From NCBI GenBank assembly GCA_003142375.1, contig PLME01000011.1, positions 14,599-78,598 on the forward strand: DNA of 64,000 bases. The letters run 5' to 3'. Of this stretch, positions 29,050 through 39,252 are shown one piece after another. The position numbers and the translations under genes are program-made. How positions within the stretch are numbered: position 1 is the first letter of the stretch; each line of letters opens with the position of its first letter. Below the pieces are notes generated by a model. The model was not told the DNA's origin and did no database searches. It was given only the letters and a program-made list of their open reading frames with translations. This stretch comes from Dehalococcoidia bacterium. GTDB lineage: Bacteria; Chloroflexota; Dehalococcoidia; GIF9; UBA5629.

Positions 29050-29607
29050 CTAAAGGCTGACCCTGTATTTGGCCTTGCCTTCCTCGTAGAGGTCGCCCCC
29101 GTAGATATCGTTGATAACCGTAGCCGGAAAGTCCTTTACCTCCAGGCGCCGGATGGCTTCAGCTCCGAGATCGTCGTAGGCTATTACGTCCGCTTTGGTT
29201 ATAGTCTTGGATATGAGGGCGCCGGCACCGCCGATAGCGGCGAAATATACAGCCTTGTATTTTTTCATGGCATCTTTAACGGGTTGCTGGCGGTCGCCCT
29301 TGCCGATCATGCCTTTGAGTCCTTCGGCCATGAGACGGGGCGCATAAATGTCCATTCGGCCGCTGGTGGTCGGCCCTGCGGAGCCGATGGCATGTCCAGG
29401 CTTGGCGGGCGAAGGCCCCATATAATAGATAACCTGGTTTTTAAGGTCCAGTGGCAGCTTTTCACCCTTGTCCAGGGCTTCTACCAGGCGTTTATGGGCC
29501 GCATCTCTGGCGGTATAAATCACTCCCGTAATTAAAACCTGGTCGCCGGCCTTGAGCTTTTCTACCGTTTTTTCATCGAGGGGCGCCGATATTTTGATAG
29601 TTTCCAT
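29050..29607 (-). CDS. Fe-S hydro-lyase (class I fumarate hydratase / L(+)-tartrate dehydratase family), beta subunit
   Basis: 185 aa, FumB/TtdB-type C-terminal catalytic domain. Confidence 0.8.
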   Translation of the reverse strand: METIKISAPLDEKTVEKLKAGDQVLITGVIYTARDAAHKRLVEALDKGEKLPLDLKNQVIYYMGPSPAKPGHAIGSAGPTTSGRMDIYAPRLMAEGLKGMIGKGDRQQPVKDAMKKYKAVYFAAIGGAGALISKTITKADVIAYDDLGAEAIRRLEVKDFPATVINDIYGGDLYEEGKAKYRVSL

Positions 29608-29631
29608 AGCAAAATCCTTTACATAAACAGT

Positions 29632-30459
29632 TTATTTTTGTTTGACTGTAAATTCGGGGACGTCAATTTTCGGCTTGGCCTGTGGTAAGGAAGTTGCCAG
29701 TAGGGCGGGAGCGGTTGTCTTTTTAACCCTCAGCGCTTTGGCCGCAACGCCTTTGCGAAGCAATTGTATGGCGAGGGCGGGGTCTACACCTTTAGGGCAG
29801 GCCTCTGAGCAGGCGGCTGCGAAATGACAGTTCCACACAGCATGGTCTTTCTCTACTATCTGGTACCTCTGGTCCTGACCTTCATCCCTGCTGTCGGCGC
29901 AGTAGCGGTAAGCCTGGCCGAGGGCTTGCGGGCCCAGGAAAGCTAGGTCGCTGGCTGAGGTAGGGCAGGCTGCGATACAAAGGCCGCATTTTATGCAATA
30001 AGTAAACTGCAGGAATTCATCCAGCTCGTGCGGTTTTTGTATATATCCGGCTGTGGGCTTTTCCATTTCCGCATTGTCGCCCCGGATGATATAAGGCTTA
30101 ACGGACTTATGATGTTCAAACAGGGTTTCCAGACGGGGGACCAGGTCTTTGATGATGGGCATATTCGGCAGCGGCTTGAGGGTCAGCCTGTCTGCATGGA
30201 ATTCCTCCAGCTGGGTGTGGCAGGCTAAATGGGGGTATTCATTTATCAGCATGCCGCAGGAACCGCAAACTCCCATGCGGCAGGAAGTACGAAATGCCAG
30301 GCTGCTGTCAAGGTTTTCCTTAATATATAAAAGGCCTTCCAGAACGGTTGTACCGCGCTTTACCGGCACTATGAATTCCTGGAAATGCGGTTTGCGGTCT
30401 TTTTCCGGGTCGAACCGCTGAACCCGGAAGGTTATTTTTTTAACAGCGTCACTGCTCAT
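29632..30459 (-). CDS. sdhB: succinate dehydrogenase/fumarate reductase iron-sulfur subunit
   Basis: 2Fe-2S motif (CRMGVCGSCGM) plus two ferredoxin-like Cys clusters. AGGAGG RBS. Confidence 0.85.
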   Translation of the reverse strand: MSSDAVKKITFRVQRFDPEKDRKPHFQEFIVPVKRGTTVLEGLLYIKENLDSSLAFRTSCRMGVCGSCGMLINEYPHLACHTQLEEFHADRLTLKPLPNMPIIKDLVPRLETLFEHHKSVKPYIIRGDNAEMEKPTAGYIQKPHELDEFLQFTYCIKCGLCIAACPTSASDLAFLGPQALGQAYRYCADSRDEGQDQRYQIVEKDHAVWNCHFAAACSEACPKGVDPALAIQLLRKGVAAKALRVKKTTAPALLATSLPQAKPKIDVPEFTVKQK

Positions 30460-30475
30460 GAATGCCTCCTTATAA

Positions 30476-30844
30476 TTATCTGTAACTGCTGAACAGGGCT
30501 ATCGGCGCGTAAGTGCCAAGGATAAGGAAAATAACGCCGAAGGCTATAATACATCCCGTTAAAATACGCATAGCCGACGCGGATAGATTTGTCTCCAGCA
30601 GTATGTTGCGGAACCCGTTTAAGGCGTGGAATAACCCGAATGCCAGCAGGGAAATATATATGCCTACCCACGAACCCTGGTGCGCTCTCTCCATCATAGA
30701 GCCCCAGGTTGTGGGACCGGCAACCTTGATTCCCAGTAAACCAAGAACGACATCCGATTGCTGCACTGTGATATGGATAGCAAGTAACACAGCCACCAGG
30801 GCGCCCGTGACCATTTGTGCCAGCTGTAGATAAGTATTCTTCAT
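30476..30844 (-). CDS. sdhD: succinate dehydrogenase/fumarate reductase membrane anchor subunit (SdhD-like)
   Basis: Three TM helices. ATG overlaps the sdhC stop (ATGA). Confidence 0.6.
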   Translation of the reverse strand: MKNTYLQLAQMVTGALVAVLLAIHITVQQSDVVLGLLGIKVAGPTTWGSMMERAHQGSWVGIYISLLAFGLFHALNGFRNILLETNLSASAMRILTGCIIAFGVIFLILGTYAPIALFSSYR

Positions 30845-31287
30845 CCCCAACCTCCGATTGAGAAGTCAATGAAGAAGGCCACAGCCAGGATCATAATGGC
30901 TGCCAGTGTGACCAGCGTCCAGGCCCGCTTTCTGCGGATGGCATCCGTAAATGGATAAATGGGCGGGACCGGTTTTCCAAGTGCAAACCCCAGTTCCTGA
31001 ATTATCAATCTCAGGCCATTAAGTGCATGATAGGAGAAAGCCGCAACAACCAGGAATTCACCTACCCTGAACAGGGGATTGTCCAAAAAGTCTATAGTGG
31101 AGGCCCAGACGGCCTGGCCCTGTACCCGAAAAATGGTAGTGGCCGTCAGGTGAAACAGGCCGAAAAGCAAGAGTCCCAGGCCGGTAATCCTGTGGAGCAG
31201 GTAGAGGTAACGTTCCAGCTTGTAGTTGCCGGCCCAGATCCACCCACGCATTCCTAAATAATTTTGATGAGGCCCTTTATCTGCCAT
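30841..31287 (-). CDS. sdhC: succinate dehydrogenase/fumarate reductase cytochrome b subunit (SdhC-like)
   Basis: 148 aa, three TM helices with conserved His residues. Operon position between sdhA and sdhD. Confidence 0.65.
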   Translation of the reverse strand: MADKGPHQNYLGMRGWIWAGNYKLERYLYLLHRITGLGLLLFGLFHLTATTIFRVQGQAVWASTIDFLDNPLFRVGEFLVVAAFSYHALNGLRLIIQELGFALGKPVPPIYPFTDAIRRKRAWTLVTLAAIMILAVAFFIDFSIGGWG

Positions 31288-31297
31288 ATATGACCTC

Positions 31298-33010
31298 CTA
31301 ATATTTCCTTTCCACCGGATTCCACATAGTGATGGTGACCGGCATATATTCCAGGCGTGGTCCGTCGGCTGTTCGATATGCCAATGTATGCTTCAGCCAG
31401 TTGGCATCATCGCGGGTCTTGAAATCACGCCGTGCATGCGCTCCCCGTGACTCCTGGCGGGCCAGCGCGCCTGATACGACGACTTCAGATAACTCAATGA
31501 GATTGTCCGTCTCAAGCGCATTTAGAAGGTCGGTGTTATATATGTGGCCGTGGTCCATAACCTTTACCAGCGGCAGCCTCTGTTTAATATCCCGTATAGT
31601 TTTCAATGCAGCCTCAAGCTCTGTGGCAGTCCTGAAAACGCCGGCCTTAGTATCCATAGTTTTGAGGAGCTCGTTCTTCAAGACGTAAGAGCTTTCAGCG
31701 CCGAAACTGGTGAAACGCTTGAAAATGCTGGCTTCTGCGTCATTGATGACAGATTCTGACGGTAAATCGGCGTAGGCCTTCTGTGCTTTAACATATTGGG
31801 CCGCTTTTTGCCCGGTGATCTTGCCCCAGACCAGGCATTCGGCGGTCGAGTTGGAACCCAGCCGGTTGGCGCCGTGAAGGGATACGCAGGCAGCCTCTCC
31901 GGCGGCCCAGATGCCCGTCACCGGCGTAGCGCCGTCAATATCGGTGTGGATACCGCCCATGGTGTAGTGGGCGGCCGGACGGACCGGGATAGGCGTAAAT
32001 ATCGGATCGATGAAGTCGAACCTCATGGCGACCTCACGAATCAAGGGCAGACGTTCGTTGATCTTGTCGGCCCCGAGATGGCGCAGATCGAGATGAACGT
32101 AGTCCAGCCCGCTTTCTTCTATATAGCCGCGGCCGTTTTCGATTTCGGTCATCTCAGCCCTGGAGATAATGTCCCGTGGGGCCAATTCCATTTTAGAAGC
32201 GGCATATTTCTCCATAAACCGCTCGCCCTGGCTGTTAAAAAGGTAACCGCCTTCGCCGCGCGCGGCCTCTGTAATAAGTATCCCTGATGGCACAAGTCCG
32301 GTGGGGTGAAACTGGATGAACTCCAGGTCCTTGAGAGGCAGTCCTGCCCGGTAGGCCATGGCCATGCCGTCGCCGGTAGCGGTCAGGGAATAGGTAGTGA
32401 ACCCGTACATACGGCAGGCGCCCCCTGTGGCGATGATAAGCGCCTTGCCCCTCAGGACGAAACACTCACCGCTGGTCAGGTTCCAGACGATAACCCCTCG
32501 GAAAACATTGTCTTTTATCAATATGGCATGCACGTAGCATTCGTCGTATCTAACGACATTGGCATGTTTTTGCAGCGTGTCGTAAAGGGTCTGCATTTCG
32601 AAGAAGCCGGTCTTATCGGCCGCAAAGGTAGCGCGGTCGAAGCTATGACCCCCGAAGGGCCGCTGATTGATGCGGCCATCGGGCCGGCGTGACCAGGGGA
32701 TGCCCCAGTGTTCCAGCAGATTGATCTCTCCCGGTATTTCTGTAACGAAGCGCATAGCGACATCCTGGTCGCAAAGGAAATCAGCGCCGCGCACGGTATC
32801 CCATGCGTGCAATTCGATGCTGTCACCATTTTCCGGCTGCATAACCGCCGCGGTTCCGCCCTCGGCACACACTGAATGCGCACGCATGAGCTGCACCTTG
32901 GATACGACAGCGATATCAGCCTCGGAGTTTTTGCGCGCGATCTCCACGGCCGCACGCAGCCCGGCCAGGCCGGCGCCCAGGACTATTACATCGTGCTGCT
33001 GCGTTATCAT
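31298..33010 (-). CDS. sdhA: succinate dehydrogenase/fumarate reductase flavoprotein subunit
   Basis: FAD-binding N-terminus (DVIVLGAGLAGLRAA). His for covalent FAD (RAHSVCAEGG). RxxR active-site residues. 570 aa. Confidence 0.9.
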   Translation of the reverse strand: MITQQHDVIVLGAGLAGLRAAVEIARKNSEADIAVVSKVQLMRAHSVCAEGGTAAVMQPENGDSIELHAWDTVRGADFLCDQDVAMRFVTEIPGEINLLEHWGIPWSRRPDGRINQRPFGGHSFDRATFAADKTGFFEMQTLYDTLQKHANVVRYDECYVHAILIKDNVFRGVIVWNLTSGECFVLRGKALIIATGGACRMYGFTTYSLTATGDGMAMAYRAGLPLKDLEFIQFHPTGLVPSGILITEAARGEGGYLFNSQGERFMEKYAASKMELAPRDIISRAEMTEIENGRGYIEESGLDYVHLDLRHLGADKINERLPLIREVAMRFDFIDPIFTPIPVRPAAHYTMGGIHTDIDGATPVTGIWAAGEAACVSLHGANRLGSNSTAECLVWGKITGQKAAQYVKAQKAYADLPSESVINDAEASIFKRFTSFGAESSYVLKNELLKTMDTKAGVFRTATELEAALKTIRDIKQRLPLVKVMDHGHIYNTDLLNALETDNLIELSEVVVSGALARQESRGAHARRDFKTRDDANWLKHTLAYRTADGPRLEYMPVTITMWNPVERKY

Positions 33011-33852
33011 AACACCGCCTCTTTATGACGGGCGGCATGACATTGCAAATTCACTGCCAAAGGCATGCTGGCAATGTGCGCCGGAAAGGTCTCAACATTT
33101 ACAGCCAAGGCCGTTACCGTGCCGCCGTATCCCTGGGGTCCTATCCCCAGAGCGTTAATCCGTACGAACAGGTCTTTTTCCAAATCGGCAACTTCGGGAT
33201 CTGCATTATGCGCTCCAACTTTACGCAGAAGTGACTTCTTGGCCAGCTCCATAGACTTCTCAGACGTCCCTCCAATGCCCACACCCACGATGATAGGCGG
33301 GCAGGGGTTACTGCCTGCTTCTTCAACCGCCGTAACTACAGAATCTACAATACCCTGGCGCCCTTTGGACGGCGTCAGCATGAAAAGGCGGCTCATGTTT
33401 TCGCTGCCTCCGCCCTTGGGAACTATGATAATCTTCAATTTATCGCCCGCCACAATATCGGTGTGGATGATGGCCGGTGTGTTGTCTTTAGTATTGACAC
33501 GGGAGGAGAAGGGCTGCTTTACCATGGACTTACGCAGGTAACCTGCCTGATAGCCCATCCGTACCCCTTCGTTTACAGCATCGTAAAGGCTGCCGCCTGT
33601 AATATGGACATCCTGGCCCACTTCCAGATAGACAACTGTGGCCCCGCAATCCTGGCAAATAGCCATCTGTTCGGCTTTAGCCATGCGCGCGTTTTCAATG
33701 AGTTGTTCGAGGGTTTGTTTACCAATGGGGGATTGTTCGCTTGCCAGGGCCTGTCGTAGGGCATCAAGGACATCTTCCGGAAGAGAAAAATTTGCTTCCT
33801 GGCATAGCCGGGATACTGAGTCAGTGACTTCTTTAACGCTGATTTCTCTCAA
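33007..33852 (-). CDS. Fe-S hydro-lyase (class I fumarate hydratase / tartrate dehydratase family), alpha subunit
   Basis: 281 aa, FumA/TtdA N-terminal domain with the Cys ligand region (CQDCG). 4-nt overlap with the sdhA start. Confidence 0.8.
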   Translation of the reverse strand: MREISVKEVTDSVSRLCQEANFSLPEDVLDALRQALASEQSPIGKQTLEQLIENARMAKAEQMAICQDCGATVVYLEVGQDVHITGGSLYDAVNEGVRMGYQAGYLRKSMVKQPFSSRVNTKDNTPAIIHTDIVAGDKLKIIIVPKGGGSENMSRLFMLTPSKGRQGIVDSVVTAVEEAGSNPCPPIIVGVGIGGTSEKSMELAKKSLLRKVGAHNADPEVADLEKDLFVRINALGIGPQGYGGTVTALAVNVETFPAHIASMPLAVNLQCHAARHKEAVL

Positions 33853-33890
33853 TTTAATTATCCTTTTCCCTTGAGATTTATGACGGGCAA

Positions 33891-35246
33891 TTAATCTTTG
33901 GGCGCCGGCGGAATAAAGCCCTCTTTCATCAGCAAGGCTGTCGACTCCCTGGCATTCTTAATCATGGCCTCTGCCTGTTTGGTCAATTCTTCCCTCGTAG
34001 CCTTAATTCGTGCAACGCCCTGTTCCTGTGCCTTCATGCCGACGGCCACCGCTTCCCTTATGAACACTTCCCATTCTCCCATAGTCGGGGCAATGCTGTC
34101 TTCACTGATGCCCCTATCCTCGGCACATTGGGCCAATTCATGGGCTGCAGCCAGGCACATCTCATCGGTGATGGTCTTGGCCCTGACATCCAGCGTGCCG
34201 CGGAAGATGGCCGGGAAGCCGATAGAGTTGTTCACCTGGTTGGGGAAGTCCGACCTGCCCGTAGCAACAATCCTGGCCCCCGCTTCCTTGGCATCCCATG
34301 GCCAGATCTCAGGGATAGGGTTGGCACAGACAAACACAATAGAATTCTTGGCCATGCCCTTTATCCACTCAGGTAGAATTACGCCGGGGCCGGATTTAGC
34401 CAGTGAAATGCAAACGTCCGCGCCTTTTAACGCCTCCGCGATCCCGCCGGTCCTGTGTTCGGGGTTGGTGGTCTGGCAGAGCGCCCACTTGTAGGGGTTC
34501 TCTTTCTGCTGTTGCTCGAGGTCTTTTCTGCCCGGATGAAGTGTGGATTTGCTGTCCACCACAATGGTATTGGCAGGCTTCAAGCCATCGGCAAACAGCA
34601 ACCTGAGGATGGCAATGTTGGCAGCGCCGCTGCCTATGACCGCCATAGTAGCATTCTCTTTTTTCTTACCCACGATTTTCAGGGCGTTGATGAGGCCGGC
34701 CAGGGTAACGGCTGCGGTGCCCTGCTGGTCATCGTGCCATACGGGGATGCGGGCTTCGGCGCGCAACTTATCAAGTATGTAGAAACATTTGGGGCTGGAG
34801 ATATCTTCGAGGTTAATTCCTCCGAACGACGGCTGAAGCAGCTTAACCGTCCGTATAATCTCGTCAGGGTCTTTGGTATCCAGGCAAATAGGAACGGCAT
34901 CTACACCGCCAAGGTATTTAAATAGAAGCGCCTTGCCTTCCATCACGGGCATTCCGGCTTCGGGGCCTATATCGCCCAGGCCCAGTACACGGGTGCCGTC
35001 GCTGACTACCGCGATGGTGTTCCATTTATTGGTGTAGTCATAGGCTTTATCCCGGTCCGCCTGTATAGCCCTGCAGGGCTCTGCGACGCCCGGTGTATAC
35101 CATATGGCAAAGTCGTTGAAATCGCGAACAATGCACCTGGGCATAGTTTGCATCTTCCCTTTGTAATACTTATGCAGCTTGTTTGCGACCTCGGCCGGTT
35201 TACGCGCCTTGGCCAGCAATTCTTCTACGGTAGGTTTCTCTGACAT
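33891..35246 (-). CDS. NAD(P)-dependent malic enzyme
   Basis: Malic-enzyme N-terminal and NAD-binding domains (…[19 protein letters not shown]…, GSGAANIAI). GGAGG RBS. Confidence 0.85.
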   Translation of the reverse strand: MSEKPTVEELLAKARKPAEVANKLHKYYKGKMQTMPRCIVRDFNDFAIWYTPGVAEPCRAIQADRDKAYDYTNKWNTIAVVSDGTRVLGLGDIGPEAGMPVMEGKALLFKYLGGVDAVPICLDTKDPDEIIRTVKLLQPSFGGINLEDISSPKCFYILDKLRAEARIPVWHDDQQGTAAVTLAGLINALKIVGKKKENATMAVIGSGAANIAILRLLFADGLKPANTIVVDSKSTLHPGRKDLEQQQKENPYKWALCQTTNPEHRTGGIAEALKGADVCISLAKSGPGVILPEWIKGMAKNSIVFVCANPIPEIWPWDAKEAGARIVATGRSDFPNQVNNSIGFPAIFRGTLDVRAKTITDEMCLAAAHELAQCAEDRGISEDSIAPTMGEWEVFIREAVAVGMKAQEQGVARIKATREELTKQAEAMIKNARESTALLMKEGFIPPAPKD

Positions 35247-35432
35247 GATTTATCCTCCATTAGCGGTTATACTGGCAAATACTGGGGAAAATGCAAAAAA
35301 TATTATGCTCCTGTAATCCTTGTAAATCAATAGCTCGTATTTGCTCCACAAAGGAATGACCTTTATGGATTATGTCCAACGATACTAATTCGGTCGATTG
35401 ACCTAAAACAGGACTAAATTTACCACCGATTA

Positions 35433-36122
35433 TTATTGCTTGTCAACATTTCGGCGTTTTGTTTTAGCCGGCGAACTCCTTTTAGGTAAAGCTATAGAGC
35501 CTGTAGAATGGACGATGCCAAGGGCGGCATCCTGGCACCTCTGAATATAGTCCTCAAGGGTATAGCGTTTTCGCAGGTGCCAGCGCTTCAAAGCCCACAT
35601 ATGTTCCAGCATGACTATATAATAAGCCGCCAGCTCAGGGTCCTTGATTTTAAATTCTCCTTTTTTTCGCCCGGCCTCGATTATATTCCTCAACAGGTCA
35701 TTGGCTTCATATTCCAGCTTTATTAATTGTTTGAGGTGACGCCGGCTCATGTTCCTGGATTCACGGTACCAGAACAATAAAGTATCCTGGATGGTATCCA
35801 GAGTCACTAGCGCCTCCCTGATCCTCATGGTCAGGGCTTCGCTGTAGGAGATGAAGGGCATCTGGTCGCGTATTTCCTGATCATATTCTTTCATTTTATC
35901 CGTCGTCATCTGCACGAATAAGTCGAAAAAGTCGTCCTTCGACTTTATATAATAGTAAAGATTCCCCTGGCTTATACCGCAGACCTCTGCGATCTGTCGC
36001 GTAGTAGTTTGCCGGTAGCCGTTTTTGAAAAAAAGCTCTGAGGCCGTTTTCACGATCTGCTTCAATCTTTTGTCTTTGCGTTTCAGTTTGTCAGGCTGTC
36101 CGCCTTTGGTTTTAGCTTTCAA
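35433..36122 (-). CDS. TetR/AcrR family transcriptional regulator
   Basis: HTH (TTTRQIAEVCGISQGNLYYYIKSKDDFF). TTG start. Confidence 0.8.
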   Translation of the reverse strand: MKAKTKGGQPDKLKRKDKRLKQIVKTASELFFKNGYRQTTTRQIAEVCGISQGNLYYYIKSKDDFFDLFVQMTTDKMKEYDQEIRDQMPFISYSEALTMRIREALVTLDTIQDTLLFWYRESRNMSRRHLKQLIKLEYEANDLLRNIIEAGRKKGEFKIKDPELAAYYIVMLEHMWALKRWHLRKRYTLEDYIQRCQDAALGIVHSTGSIALPKRSSPAKTKRRNVDKQ

Positions 36123-36154
36123 CTCAATACCCCACCATTTTTATTTGTTGACTG

Positions 36155-37696
36155 CTATTTGGCGATTTTAAAAACGGTATGCCGCTCCCATGCCGGCGAC
36201 GGTTGCGAAAAATCGGTGCGGAAGTGTGCGCCCCGGCTTTCCTCCCGCATAAGGGCCGCTTCTGTCACCAATCTGGCGTTCAGAATCATGGCGTTTAACT
36301 CATAAGAAGCCCGGTCCGCCGGTTGAGGCAGCACCTTTTGCCAGGCGGCAAGTGTACTGGCGGCTCGGTTGAGTCCTTCACCTGATCTCACTATGCCGAC
36401 CTCATCCCATAGTAGAGATTGAAGATTGGCGAGGTTCAGCAAGGGGATATCGCCTTGAGCCGGCTGCTGGCTCAAGCGGTGGCAATCGGCTTCAGCCGTA
36501 TTGGGCACTGCCCGATTGGACTGCATCTGTGATTTTTCGATAATTCTTTTGCTGAAGACGACCACTTCCAGCAGAGAATTTGACGCCAGCCTGTTCGCGC
36601 CGTGTACCCCTGTGCAGGCTGTCTCTCCCGCAGCAAAAAGGCCGCCGATATTGGTCTCGCCCCATGTGTTAACCTTGACGCCTCCCATCAAGTAGTGGGC
36701 GGCGGGCGCCACCGGAATCAGGCCTTTGGTAATATCCAGTCCGTGGTCCAGGCAGTAGCGGTAAATGTGGGGGAACCTTGTGGTAACTTTGATGGCAGGG
36801 ATGTGTGTGACATCCAGGAAAACCCTGTCGCTGCCCGTCTTTCTCATTTCGGAAACGATGCTTCGGGCTACAATATCCCTGGGCGCCAGCTCTCCCTCAG
36901 CTACGTAGTCAGGCATAAACCGGTAGCCATCCACATTCCTGAGAATACCGCCCTCGCCTCTGACTGCCTCCGTGATCAGGAAGGGCCAGACACCTGGAAG
37001 GCGCAGGGCCGTGGGATGGAATTGGTAGAATTCCATATCGGTAATTTCGGCACCGGCCTGGTAAGCCAGTGATATGCCGTCGCCGGTGGCGGTATCGGAA
37101 TTGGTGGTGTATTTATATAGTCGGCCTGCACCGCCGCTAGCCAGGATGATGAAACGGCACCCGTATTCTTCGCTCAATCCGCTGCGGAAATCGGTGGCTT
37201 TTATACCCGCGACGCAGCCGTTATCAACCACTATTTCTGTGGCCAGGCAGTATTCGAGAACGGTTATGCCGGAGATTAAAACCTGTTCGCTTAAGGTGGA
37301 CTCGATATACTCCCCCGTAGCGTCGCCTCCAGCGTGCACAATACGCGGCACGCAATGGGCGGCTTCCCTGGTTAAAGCAATCTCACCGTCCAAAGTATCG
37401 AAGGGGACGCCGTATCTGATCAGGTCGGATATGCGGTCGGGAGCCTCATTGACCAGGATTTTCACCGCCTCTGAATTACACAGCCCGGCCCCGGCCTTAA
37501 TAGTATCGTTATAATGCAGTTCGGGCGAATCATTTTTACCCAAAGCTGCAGCGATACCCCCTTGAGCATACCTGGTATTACACTCCTCTATCCCCCCTTT
37601 AGTAATGATAAGTACGCTGCCATAGTCCTTGGCCAGCAGGGCACTGTAAAGGCCGGCGATTCCGCTGCCGACAATTATATAGTCATAATGTTTCAT
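36155..37696 (-). CDS. nadB: L-aspartate oxidase
   Basis: 513 aa. Close to E. coli NadB as I remember it across the FAD, capping and C-terminal domains (RFMPDYVAEGELAPRDIVARSI; HGANRLASNSLLE). Confidence 0.7.
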   Translation of the reverse strand: MKHYDYIIVGSGIAGLYSALLAKDYGSVLIITKGGIEECNTRYAQGGIAAALGKNDSPELHYNDTIKAGAGLCNSEAVKILVNEAPDRISDLIRYGVPFDTLDGEIALTREAAHCVPRIVHAGGDATGEYIESTLSEQVLISGITVLEYCLATEIVVDNGCVAGIKATDFRSGLSEEYGCRFIILASGGAGRLYKYTTNSDTATGDGISLAYQAGAEITDMEFYQFHPTALRLPGVWPFLITEAVRGEGGILRNVDGYRFMPDYVAEGELAPRDIVARSIVSEMRKTGSDRVFLDVTHIPAIKVTTRFPHIYRYCLDHGLDITKGLIPVAPAAHYLMGGVKVNTWGETNIGGLFAAGETACTGVHGANRLASNSLLEVVVFSKRIIEKSQMQSNRAVPNTAEADCHRLSQQPAQGDIPLLNLANLQSLLWDEVGIVRSGEGLNRAASTLAAWQKVLPQPADRASYELNAMILNARLVTEAALMREESRGAHFRTDFSQPSPAWERHTVFKIAK

Positions 37697-37906
37697 GCTC
37701 TTATCAGTTCTTGATGTGCGATGCTTTAGTATGACAGCCCGTCGACTGAATAGAAAATATATTGACTCGCTAATGCCATTTTAACATGGCAATCCGCATA
37801 CTGACCAATTTATTGATTAGTGGACAGGGAAGTAATCTGATAAAAAATTCCCGCGGCAGCCGACATACCGCGGGAATATCCATATTCTGTCTTGCAGAAT
37901 GGTTCG

Positions 37907-39148
37907 CTAAACTTTCTCTACGATTGCGCAGACGCCCATACCGCCTCCGCCGCAGATCGCGATCAGACCGGTTTTGGCATCCCGCCTTTTCATTTCGTGA
38001 GTCAGGGTAGTCATAATGCGTGCGCCGGTTGCGCCGAGCGGGTGTCCCAGCGATACGCACGAGCCGTTGACGTTTATCCTGTCATGGTCTTTCTCTGTTA
38101 AACCAAGTTCCTTCATATTGGCCAGTATCTGAGCGCTGAATGCCTCATGTATCTCAATAAGGTCTATCTGGTTGATCGTCAGGCCGGCTTTTTTCAAGGC
38201 CAGTTCGACGGCCAGGCTGGCGGATTTATAGGCTGCTCGGGGATCGGCGCCGCTGTAGGCGAAGGCTTTGACGGCAGCCAACGGCTTCAACTTCAGGCTC
38301 TTGGCTTTCTCCTCAGTCATCAGGACACAGGCTGCGGAGCCGTCATTTTCGCCCGAGGAGTTGGCGGCAGTGCACACACCACCCTGCACAGGCCTGAGTT
38401 TGGCCAGCGTTTCCATGCTGGTATCCTTGCGCGGGCGCTCGTCAACGCTGAATAAAACCGGTTCGCCTTTGCCCTGCGGAACGGGTACCGGAACGATTTC
38501 CTCTTTGAATTTTCCGCTCTCCTGGGCGCTGCAGGCACGCTGATTGCTGATGAGTGCCCACCTGTCCACTTCTTCCCGGGTGATGCCGTGTTCCTTGGCG
38601 GCGGTTTCGGCCCAGGTCATCATCGACTGTAGTATGCCGAACCTGTCTTCAGGCTGCGACATCACCCTGCCCCTTTGCACCCTATCGTACATCGGGATTG
38701 ACCAGGTGGACATACTGCCATGTCCTTTAGGCATATCGCCGGTGCCGCCCAGAGACCATCTGATATCACCCTTCAAATAGAACTCTGCAGTGCTCATGCT
38801 CTCCACTCCGCCCGCTACCATGATGTCCATATTCCCTGTCTGAATCATCATGGTGGCTATGGTGATGGCGTCCAGACCGCCGGGGCAGCGTCTGTCGTGG
38901 GTAAACCCCACCACTTCCACCGGCCATCCCGCTTTGAGCAATGACATGCGGGCGATATTAACATATTCTCCGCTCTGGTAATTCTGTGCCAGTATCACTG
39001 CACCAATCGACTTCGGTTCAAGGTTGGACCTTTTCACCACTTCGTTAAGTATGTGTGCTGCCAAATCGTAGGCCGGCACGGTCTTTAAGGCGCCTCCGAA
39101 ATTGCCTATGGCTGAACGTGCAGCACTGGTTATGACTACTTTGCTCAT
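37907..39148 (-). CDS. acetyl-CoA C-acetyltransferase (thiolase II)
   Basis: Thiolase signature. Start chosen at MSKVVITSAARSAIG with GGGAGG 7 nt upstream. Confidence 0.85.
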   Translation of the reverse strand: MSKVVITSAARSAIGNFGGALKTVPAYDLAAHILNEVVKRSNLEPKSIGAVILAQNYQSGEYVNIARMSLLKAGWPVEVVGFTHDRRCPGGLDAITIATMMIQTGNMDIMVAGGVESMSTAEFYLKGDIRWSLGGTGDMPKGHGSMSTWSIPMYDRVQRGRVMSQPEDRFGILQSMMTWAETAAKEHGITREEVDRWALISNQRACSAQESGKFKEEIVPVPVPQGKGEPVLFSVDERPRKDTSMETLAKLRPVQGGVCTAANSSGENDGSAACVLMTEEKAKSLKLKPLAAVKAFAYSGADPRAAYKSASLAVELALKKAGLTINQIDLIEIHEAFSAQILANMKELGLTEKDHDRINVNGSCVSLGHPLGATGARIMTTLTHEMKRRDAKTGLIAICGGGGMGVCAIVEKV

Positions 39149-39252
39149 CGTTGTCCTCCCATTTTCCAAATTATTGTTTTAAAAATCATTTTTCAAGGAT
39201 TATAGCACGCCGGTAAATACACAAAGTCCATTGATTAGATCGTGAACTAAAG

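Noticed and set aside
33898-34925. Plus-strand ORFs of 156-198 aa
   Set aside because: Antisense to the malic enzyme gene.
36155-37696. Alternative call as a second fumarate reductase/succinate dehydrogenase flavoprotein
   Set aside because: It lacks the covalent-FAD His context of SdhA, is 513 aa, and tracks E. coli NadB motif-for-motif as I recall it. L-aspartate oxidase preferred.
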